Assembly: GCA_015680685.1 (NCBI GenBank)
Contig: MNCI01001410.1
Span: 8,964 to 72,963, forward strand
DNA from: Gnetum montanum
Taxonomy: Eukaryota; Plantae; Gnetophyta
Length of the DNA: 64,000 nt
Direction: 5' to 3'
Shown: piece after piece, positions 24,067 to 34,075 of the stretch
How the letters are laid out: each line of letters opens with the position of its first letter
Position numbering within the stretch: position 1 is the first letter of the stretch
Position numbers and translations under genes: made by a program
Notes under the pieces: model-generated
What the model saw: only the letters and a program-made list of their open reading frames with translations
Databases searched by the model: none
What the model was told of the DNA's origin: nothing

Positions 24067-26927
24067 ATGGCCGTCCAACAGCCCGTGGTACAACCCATAG
24101 TAGGGCCTCGCCGGTCCCTTAGATTGCAAGGGAGAAACCCATCATCTAACATCATAAATCAAGACCAGTACAACTTCATATGCGTGAAAATACAAGCCAG
24201 CCTAATCGTGGACCGAGCCAAAATGGAAGTCAAGAGGAAATACAAACTTTTCTATAGGAGAGGGCAAGAGTTCATTCCTTCCCCATACGACATCATCCCT
24301 CTTCCAGAGCCTTACGCTGAGCTCATCACACAACTCCTTCTGCAAAGGATCCAGTCGCTAGATCAGCCTGTAGTAAATCCTCAATCGAAAGAGGAGGATG
24401 AGTTCACAGCTCAATCCGAGCATGAAGACTCATACCACATCCTTAGCCCACAAACTTATATAAACTTGTTGTTTCACCCATTCACGGGCAAAACTTCGTC
24501 CCTCCAGCCACTGAACATCACGTAAGTGCATGCACCTCAACAAGACGTAGCCGCACTCGTCCCCATTCCTCCACCAATCGACATTCAAGTCAACACACTT
24601 CCCCTCACAATTCCTCCCACAGCCACGGCACCCCCATTTTTACAAATGCAACCCCCTCCAAACAATGTAGGAGTGACCTTCCCACCCCGTGTGATCGGGA
24701 CGCCGCATGTGATACCGGCATCTACATCTGCCCATTATATCCCCCGGGTCCAAACTCACAGAGCCCCTATTACCACTGTAGCTCAACAAGTTCAGGGGAT
24801 TCCTACACAAAACATGACCGGGCAATGGGCAGCGATTGGTGTTCAATCACATCAACCCCCTCACTCCAACATACCACCTCATACAATGCCACTGGTCAAC
24901 ATCCCCCAAACACAACCACAACAACAACAACCCCCTGCGTACAATATGCTGCCTCTAATACCACCCGCTATAAATATTCCACAAGTACAACCGCCAACTA
25001 CACAGCTTACAGCCTTCCAACCTACTATCCAACAATCTAACATGTACACCGTACAACATCCCCAAGCTGTCATCTCACCTAGCACTCAAGACTGGGCAGA
25101 TGCTAAAAAACTAATGCAGGAACTAACTGATGAGGTCAAACGCCTCAAGACGGCTGCCGATGGAGAGTTGAAGGTAGTGGACTTTTACCACGATGACCCC
25201 ATTAGCTCTTCCGTTCTGCCCCTAACCTTACCCAAAGGTGTATCATTACCTACGCTAACTATATATAACAAGGAGATGGACCCCAATGCCCACCTTATAA
25301 CATTTAGACTAGAATGCACATTACTTCAGGCATGGCCACACGTCATTTTGCGAGTGTTCCCTATGTCTCTGGTAGGGAGAGCACTTGATTGGTATCGGGC
25401 CTTGCCAAGGAACTCGATATTTTCTCTAGAGGAGTTGTTACATCAATTCGTTACCAGGTTCAAGTATAACTTGAAACCTGAAGCGACACTTGACAGTCTT
25501 ATACAAGTCAAACAAGCACCTCTAAAACCTGTACAAAAATTCATCCAAAGGTGGAGTGCTGCTCTCAATGAGTTACATGAGCCAATCCCCCAGATGTATC
25601 TGCTCACTATTCTAAAGGGGTCTGTCAACGACTTTTTCAAATCCAAGTTATATTATCTCAATGCGCGTAACCTCAATCAAGCCTTTGTACAGATTAAAAA
25701 CATAGAGGAGGTGGCCCAAAATAGCCACGATCTGCGTATTTAGCCTTTAAGAATCAACACAGTAAAAAAGATAAAGAAAAGGCTAAAACAACTATAGCAG
25801 CGTTGGCAGAAACACACAAGCAAACATGGGACAACAAAGCAAACCACCTATTGCCCATACTAATTACACTAAACCCACTCCTGCGATTGCACCAAAATCG
25901 TCCTCATCACAAAACCCAACACCAAACCGTACAAGAAACTTCAAAAGGAAAGAACCCTCCCAATACACACCACTACCCATGAAACCATCGCAGTTGTTTG
26001 ACCAACTCCTGAAGGCTGGGTTAATGAAACACAAACAGTTATCCCCTGCTGCAATCCAGAGACATGATCGGTTCTATCAATTGGTTCAAAACCCAAGCTT
26101 AGCAATGCCGGATGAACCCCCAGTACCAAAAGGTTTTAGAATGGATTGCTTCTGCGACTATCACCAACGTAATGGGCATGGCACGGATTACTATTTCACC
26201 TTGAAACAAGACATACAACGAATGATCAATGGAGGTCAAATCACTTTTGATGAGGCCAACCCGGTCCAACAGCAAAACCAAGCCATGGATGTGTATAAGG
26301 ATCCTCTGAATACCAAAGAGGCACCGTACGTTATTAACACAATCTACCTAGATAACGAACCTAAAACACCGAGCATTAACACTGTCTACTCTGACCATAA
26401 ACAACAACCGCCTAACAAGCCATTTGTAGTACGTATTCCTCCCACTGCATCAACATCCATGCCTCAATCATCATACGCCCCGCAGCAGCCATATGTTGTC
26501 CACGTACCCCCCGCCATAGCAACTCCTAACACCCCGACCCGCGAAAAACCATACGTGGTGCACGTACCTCCCGTCACTGCTACCGTAAACCCACCAAACC
26601 CTCCTACTCGGCCTGCCCCTTACATAGTCCAAATACCACCTACGGTCGCAATAGCGGAGGTACAACCTCCAGCTAGGCCAACTCCATACGTCGTTAGGAC
26701 ACCCAAAAGTCCTAGTGATCACCAATCCTCTAATTCCCAGATACAAAATAAACCAAGCCCCTATGTCATCAAGGTGCCTAGCTAGTTTGGTACCCAACCG
26801 CAAGTCACTGTCCAACCGTAACCCCACCAGACTCCATACGTAATACGAATTCCAAGACAACCTGAGGCCTCAAAACCAACCACGCCCCCGCGTCACACAC
26901 GAGAATGCTTAGCAGATAGGCTTACAN
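24067..26927 (+). pseudogene. gag: Element C gag (few stops, runs into an N gap)
   Basis: VFPMSLVGRALDWYRALPRNSI gag core; Tat-type knuckle FCDYHQRNGHGTD; P/Q-rich N-terminal part. Confidence 0.9.
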
Positions 26928-27209
26928 NNNNNNNNNNNNNNNNNNNNNNNNNNNNNNNNNNNNNNNNNNNNNNNNNNNNNNNNNNNNNNNNNNNNNNNNN
27001 NNNNNNNNNNNNNNNNNNNNNNNNNNNNNNNNNNNNNNNNNNNNNNNNNNNNNNNNNNNNNNNNNNNNNNNNNNNNNNNNNNNNNNNNNNNNNNNNNNNN
27101 NNNNNNNNNNNNNNNNNNNNNNNNNNNNNNNNNNNNNNNNNNNNNNNNNNNNNNNNNNNNNNNNNNNNNNNNNNNNNNNNNNNNNNNNNNNNNNNNNNNN
27201 NNNNNNNNN

Positions 27210-27911
27210 AAAATACATAGGGTCCATGTAGATGATGGAGCTGCCACAAACGTAGTCCCATATCCCATCATCGAACAACTTGGGCTCACAGAGCTAATCA
27301 GACCAACTGCCACCACATGCTTGAAATCATTCAGCGGGTCACACGTGATAGTCAAAGGCACCGTAACCTTAGACTTCATAGCAGGGGACCAATTCCCCAC
27401 ATCCGCTGACTTCGTAGTAATTGATGAGATGCCAGGATTCAACCTAATATTAGGAAGGCCCTGGTTAGCCCAACTGAAAGCAATCTCTTCCCCTATACAC
27501 CAAGAGATTCATCTACCTTATGAAGGTGGTGAAATCATCATACACGGGGAGGCCTCTAGACCCATCATCTCATCGTACATAGACATAGACCAAGGCTCAG
27601 AGGTTAAGCTCGAAGAGCCTAGACAACATGACATAAATGAACAACAACTGGTAGGCGGTAATCCTTTAAACACAGAAGAAAACCCACCCAAAGCAGAAAT
27701 ACCCCGACCAGACATTGTACATACGCAACCTCACTTAGAAACGACAATTGACACAGAAACCATGATACATGCTGAAACACAAGAAAACACTAACGCAAAA
27801 ACAATTCCATCAGACATCCCTTGGGCTGAATTACCATTCAACGTGATCAGCGAAGGGGATGCTAAATATAGAATCATACCTGCTAACTCTACTCCCAACG
27901 TTAAAATGTGA
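27210..27911 (+). CDS. Element C aspartic protease (end of gag-PR frame; stop at 27909-27911)
   Basis: The frame is open from the gap: KIHRVHVDDGAATNVVP...DFVVIDEMPGFNLILGRPWL. Confidence 0.88.
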   Translation, partial: KIHRVHVDDGAATNVVPYPIIEQLGLTELIRPTATTCLKSFSGSHVIVKGTVTLDFIAGDQFPTSADFVVIDEMPGFNLILGRPWLAQLKAISSPIHQEIHLPYEGGEIIIHGEASRPIISSYIDIDQGSEVKLEEPRQHDINEQQLVGGNPLNTEENPPKAEIPRPDIVHTQPHLETTIDTETMIHAETQENTNAKTIPSDIPWAELPFNVISEGDAKYRIIPANSTPNVKM

Positions 27912-27949
27912 AAAATCAAAAAATTACTAAACCGATAAATAACAAAAAA

Positions 27950-28250
27950 AAATGGTCCGAAATGATGTTAAACTACAACTAGTCTGGGATGACGCTAAAC
28001 TATCATGTCCGCAATGACATAAAACTAGCCACGATCAGAAATGGTTGGTCAACCAAGAAATCCACCCGTGTCATTCAAAACGTCCCTTGCTTACGCTGGG
28101 GCCCGAAATGGCCTTAAACTACACATATGGCCCGAAATGGCCTTAAACTAGTGCAAATCTAGCCCAAAATGGCCTTAAACTAGTGCGAATCTGGCCCGAA
28201 ATGGCCTTAAACTAGTGCGAATCTGGCCTGAAATGGCCTTAAACTAGATC
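27950..28250. repeat. Tandem ~30-bp repeats (ggcccgaaatggccttaaactag...) after the protease stop
   Basis: About 5 near-identical units at ~28100-28250, plus diverged atgac..aaact units from ~27955. Confidence 0.9.
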
Positions 28251-28571
28251 ATCCAATTATACTTTGTTTTCCTCTCCAATTCCGGCTCACTGTTCGAATT
28301 TACGCTTGCCCTGTTGTTAATAACAATTTTCGCAATTATCTTTCGTCTATCATTATACTCTGACTTATAATTACATCCGCGCATTACACTTAAACCACAA
28401 AAACAAACCAAAACATTTTACATTGTCGTGTCGTGTTTGCAATTAAACTCAAAATCAACAGAAAAAATTTTATACATGAAATGATGTACAAGTACAAGTG
28501 TTAACTGGTTTCATTCATCTAAATTTACAATTCCCGTATAAATTTGAGTTAGAATAATTTCACTACAAAAG

Positions 28572-31500
28572 CTAAACATCAGGGACAGGAGGATCATCCC
28601 CTTTGGACCCGCTGGCATCCTGAGCCCCCACTCCATTGGGGCCAGCTTCCTGAACATCATCATCACCTTGATCCTATAAAATGTAAAGGGAGCAATCAAC
28701 ATAAGGACAAAAGAAAAACTTTCAAACATTATGCAGCGAACGAATTTCATACTAACAAAATGCTTACCATAGGGGATCCCCCTAAGCCGAATTCCAGTCG
28801 GCGAAGGATTTCCTCTTCCGAGACACTGGTCCAATCGGTCCCATCAAGGACTAGGTTGACATCTACCAAGGCCTTCCCCTTGTCAACAGCTGACCAAGTG
28901 TGATGTTTTAAAGGGAATTCACCCATCGACACCTCCCCAGAAGCAGTTGTAATCACCCTTGTAGGCGATTCCATCTCAACAGTTGTGTTTTGAGCAAAGG
29001 TATCGAATGCAGAGCACAGACCTAGACCCTCCACAAACATCTCAAGCTTACGCTTTTCAATAGACACCTCTTTCAATGATTTCTTATAATGATGTTTCTG
29101 GTTCTTTTCATCCTGACCCCATTTTCATACCTTGGAAGCGAACGCTTTCCAATCTTGGCACTTGAGGTTTGGCAGATCCACCTGGGCCTTGCGCTTCGCT
29201 AGTTTCCGTGTCAGTGACATGCAACGATTAAGTAGGTTCCAGTATCTAGTATACGTGACCTCGGAAGTTCGCCAAGAGCGATCACCACTTAGTTTAGCAA
29301 AGGCGAACTCATANNNNNNNNNNNNNNNNNNNNNNNNNNNNNNNNNNNNNNNNNNNNNNNNNNNNNNNNNNNNNNNNNNNNNNNNNNNNNNNNNNNNNNN
29401 NNNNNNNNNNNNNNNNNNNNNNNNNNNNNNNNNNNNNNNNNNNNNNNNNNNNNNNNNNNNNNNNNNNNNNNNNNNNNNNNNNNNNNNNNNNNNNNNNNNN
29501 NNNNNNNNNNNNNNNNNNNNNNNNNNNNNNNNNNNNNNNNNNNNNNNNNNNNNNNNNNNNNNNNNNNNNNNNNNNNNNNNNNNNNNNNNNNNNNNNNNNN
29601 NNNNNNNNNNNNNNNNNNNNNNNNNNNNNNNNNNNNNNNNNNNNNNNNNNNNNNNNNNNNNNNNNNNNNNNNNNNNNNNNNNNNNNNNNNNNNNNNNNNN
29701 NNNNNNNNNNNNNNNNNNNNNNNNNNNNNNNNNNNNNNNNNNNNNNNNNNNNNNNNNNNNNNNNNNNNNNNNNNNNNNNNNNNNNNNNNNNNNNNNNNNN
29801 NNNNNNNNNNNNNNNNNNNNNNNNNNNNNNNNNNNNNNNNNNNNNNNNNNNNNNNNNNNNNNNNNNNNNNNNNNNNNNNNNNNNNNNNNNNNNNNNNNNN
29901 NNNNNNNNNNNNNNNNNNNNNNNNNNNNNNNNNNNNNNNNNNNNNNNNNNNNNNNNNNNNNNNNNNNGTGGTGTCTTCCCGTAGCCCCTCCATTTTTTCC
30001 ATCTAATCCTTGCCAGCCTCTTCCTCATCGGTCAATAACTCTGTTGTAGTTTCCTCCTCTTCAATAATAGTCTCTAATTCCTGCCTCCTCACTTCTCGAG
30101 TCAGGTCTAAAGGCATCAGTAGCATGTAAGTGGTCAAAGTAAAAATTATGAATAGGACGAAAACCATAAAGCAACAGGTGTACTAAGTTTACTTACCTCA
30201 AGCAGGCATCTTGAACCATATATGCTTAACCCATGGCTCATCCACATTTGAGGCCTCCTCGGTTGAACGTTCACACCTTGTCAACTTCGACTTGGCCTTG
30301 CCAATGGTTTCTTGGATGACCCGTTCTGCTCTTTTCGGAGTATAAGGCACATCGTCTGGTTCCAACCCCACACTGTCACGTGTGTGGATTGAGGTACCAG
30401 ATGATCCCCCTATCGTGATAGATACGGATTCATCAATTCCCTCAGGCGCATCCTTGGACTTGGCTGTTTCAAACAAGTGGTTGATCCACGGATGAGATAG
30501 TTGACCATGATCCCGCAGAACATACTTGTTGTCCGCACGAACCACTAGAAATTTGGCTAAGTGGTGAAGATAACCGGCAAAGAATGCAAAAGTAAAGTGA
30601 GACTGCACCTCGACATTTGAGCGCAATCACACTATCTCCTTATGCAGGCCCGACAACAAAAATTGGGCCCAGTTATAATGCATTCTGGTTTCTAGGATGG
30701 TTAGCATAATACGCACAACCTCAACACCAAGACTCTGCACCTGGGAAAGGGATTTAGGGAATACCCATGCCCTAAACAGGGGATATAATTCGTTCACTTC
30801 CTCAACCTTTGACTTCCCTTGCATAGGGAATCCCTTAGCACCCTTGGTAACGCCCAACCAGTCCTCTAATTCACGAACTGTATGAAGCTCTTTATGAGCC
30901 CTGTCCAAAGCTACACGTATACCATCCGTTGGTACACCAAACAGGTTTGAAAAGAATTCAGGCGACAGATGGAAAACTATCTTAACATCCTTAATTCGGG
31001 TGCTATAGTGAGAGACAGATGTGTCAAAGGAATCCACGATCCCGATCATTTCCACTATCGACACATCAGGGCTCGGGGTCGTAAAGAGCTCCATAAGGTC
31101 GGCGTCATTTAAATAACGAGCGATGGATGGCGGGGCGTGGGTATGCAACCATTTTTGAGCCTTACTGACCTCCCCGAACTTCATTGACAGGGTAGTCTCA
31201 GTTCGCCCTCTTGTGACAAGGTCCCCACCAGGGGGGACATCAACTGTAAATACAATTCGAAATCATCATATCAGTATAACCCTTGGTAGTTTAACAAATA
31301 CATTAAGACATTTAGAAAATATTGTCGCTAACCTTCAGTAGTGGACTTAGAGGTGCTACCCAAGTCAGAGTCACGAGGAAAAATTGGCCCCTTATGCGAC
31401 CAATCTTCATGCAACCACCCTCAAGCTTTGCATTATGTGAACACTCTAGAGAATCTTTTGTGAAAATGGATGATATCACCCTTTGTTTGAGCTAATATAG

Positions 31501-32114
31501 CTCCACGAAGGGTGGGACCCGCCATAAAGGTCTCTAGAGCTGTACGAGCTAGAGCAAGCCCATCATCCTCAACGCATGTTCCGTCTGGGTTGACTTGAGG
31601 CCTACAAAAGAACGGATGTCAAAACAGAAGCAAATGTCAAACGGTGAAAAGAAACAACAAGCTTAAACGGTCCTACCTATCCACTCGGTACACTATGCCA
31701 GGAGGGTTCTGGAACAACGTGTGCACGCGCGTAGCTAAAAACAGAGTGTTGTTCAGATAATCGCGCCCTCGCGGCAATTGGAGCCACATGCGCGTTAACG
31801 GGCAAGTAGACTTAGGCCCGCCAGAGGGACCACCCTCGATCACAAGCGGCCCCTCATCAATGTCTTCCATGAAGACCGCGACACCCTCCGAGGCTCCTGG
31901 CACCATGGCCTCAAGCACGCTCTGTGCCACCAGTTCACTTAGATGCGACCAGACCACCACTTTAAACCTGTCTAGGATGAAAGTGAGGAACTCACATGCC
32001 CCTTCCCTGAACCATACCCCGTTGTCATCAACGGTCAGATCGGGGGTAGGTTCATTGGCCTCAAGGGGCCCAAACCACGCCAATACCCCAACTAGGAGAA
32101 AAGGTTCAGTGTCC
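28572..32114 (-). pseudogene. Element C antisense multi-exon accessory gene: FCP1/NIF(HAD)-like pseudo-phosphatase + PMD/transposase_32-like region + charged helical tail
   Basis: Predicted exons: 32114-31677, 31601-31333, 31243-30197, 30106-(gap)-28768 and 28673-28572. The introns (75, 89, 90, 94 nt) are all GT..AG and frame-preserving. The scattered stops (TAA/TGA/TAG) are explicable by single transitions. Domain names are from motif recognition only. Confidence 0.75.
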
Positions 32115-32224
32115 CTGCAAGCAACAGAAATGCCATGGTAAATCAACCATGCATGAAAATGACACGAAAAACAAAATTTCATATTATTGGCCGACACTTA
32201 GAAAAACAAAATAAAAATTACCAA

Positions 32225-32950
32225 CTATTTACGCTCAGCGTATACGCTGCCCAACTTGGTGTATACGCTGTCAAGAACCATTTTCGCTCAGCGTATATGC
32301 CATAAAAACCCTCGGTGTATACGCTGTAAAAGCCTCCAGTGTTTACGCTATGTAACTAGTTTACACTGAACGCTGTGTAAACAATCTACATTTACGCTGT
32401 GTAACCAGTCTACGCTGAACGTTGTGTAAACAGTCTACGTTTACGCTGTGTAACCAGTCTATGCTGAACGCTATGTAAACATTCTACATTTACGCTATGT
32501 AAACAGTCTATGCTGAACACTGTGTAAACAATCTATGCTAGACGCCATGACAAACAGTCAGTGTATACGCCATGTAGACCGCCAGCGTATACGTTGTGCA
32601 AACAGTTTATGCTGAACACTGTGCAAATAAGTTTACGCTGAAAACAGTTCACACCATACACCATGAAAACAAGTCTACGCTGTACCCCACTTGAAAAGAA
32701 TTAACTGTTTACGCTCAGCATATACGCTTTGAAAATCATCAGCGTATACGCTGCGAAAACAATCAACGTACATGCTATGAAAATCTTCTACGCCTCATAA
32801 AATCATCTACACTTCACGCTGGTAAAATCGTTTACGCTGTGCATTGACAAAACAGATTACGCTACAGACAACTTAGGCTATGTACAGTATACGCTCAGCA
32901 TATAGAAACTCTCTACGCTAACTCTCTATGCTAGGTGTATACGTCGAAGC
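32225..32950. repeat. Internal array of AGCGTATACGCT / TTTACGCTG motifs
   Basis: Same motif as in C's LTR and 5' UTR; includes ~30-bp tandem units tacgctgaacgctgtgtaaacagtc. Confidence 0.9.
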
Positions 32951-33809
32951 CCTCTACGCTACCAAGACTCTCTACGGTACGAAACATGTACAGATGAAAA
33001 TAACTGACAGAGGCAGGATCAGAGCCTACCTGTGTGACGATCCAGNNNNNNNNNNNNNNNNNNNNNNNNNNNNNNNNNNNNNNNNNNNNNNNNNNNNNNN
33101 NNNNNNNNNNNNNNNNNNNNNNNNNNNNNNNNNNNNNNNNNNNNNNNNNNNNNNNNNNNNNNNNNNNNNNNNNNNNNNNNNNNNNNNNNNNNNNNNNNNN
33201 NNNNNNNNNNNNNNNNNNNNNNNNNNNNNNNNNNNNNNNNNNNNNNNNNNNNNNNNNNNNNNNNNNNNNNNNNNNNNNNNNNNNNNNNNNNNNNNNNNNN
33301 NNNNNNNNNNNNNNNNNNNNNNNNNNNNNNNNNNNNNNNNNNNNNNNNNNNNNNNNNNNNNNNNNNNNNNNNNNNNNNNNNNNNNNNNNNNNNNNNNNNN
33401 NNNNNNNNNNNNNNNNNNNNNNNNNNNNNNNNNNNNNNNNNNNNNNNNNNNNNNNNNNNNNNNNNNNNNNNNNNNNNNNNNNNNNNNNNNNNNNNNNNNN
33501 NNNNNNNNNNNNNNNNNNNNNNNNNNNNNNNNNNNNNNNNNNNNNNNNNNNNNNNNNNNNNNNNNNNNNNNNNNNNNNNNNNNNNNNNNNNNNNNNNNNN
33601 NNNNNNNNNNNNNNNNNNNNNNNNNNNNNNNNNNNNNNNNNNNNNNNNNNTCAAAATTTGTTTAAAAATTTAAGAAATAATAAATATATATATATATATT
33701 TATTACAAAATAAATACTACCACATCCTGATTCCCTTGTAAACCAACTTTAGAAGTCCACATCGAACATTTTGGCGTAGACTCTCCTGTGCAAATTTTAC
33801 GATAAACAT

Positions 33810-33990
33810 TCGGCCTGGTATGGCCTTAAACTGCCATGACGGCTCGGTATGGCCTTAAACTGCCATCATGGACCGGTAAGGCCTTAAACTTCCACATACA
33901 AACCCCCTACGGCCCGATACGGCCTTAAACTGCCACCCACGGCCCGGTAAGGCCTTAAACTACCATGCATCTCGGTGTGACAGTAAACCA
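33810..33990. repeat. Tandem repeats (ggcccggtaaggccttaaactgcca) upstream of RT
   Basis: About 5 units sharing ggccttaaact with the 28100-28250 array. Confidence 0.88.
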
Positions 33991-34075
33991 CCACCGTGCA
34001 TGTACACATGACTTATGCTACCAGAAAACATGGAATAATACCTGTTAGCTCATTCTGCTCTCTATTCATTGGTAG

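Noticed and set aside
28100-28250. Regularly spaced ~30-bp repeats (also 33810-33990 and 37310-37700) as a CRISPR array
   Set aside because: The units are head-to-tail tandem repeats without unique spacers, there are no cas genes, and the context is a eukaryotic retrotransposon.
30198-32197. Minus-strand ORFs as a host phosphatase gene or an independently inserted DNA transposon
   Set aside because: They lie inside the LTR pair of C with no TIR, TSD or transposase motif visible, and homologues occupy the same place in A and F.
26893-33741. Long ORFs containing X runs (26893-27442, 29132-30049, 32928-33741)
   Set aside because: They are artefacts of translating N gaps.
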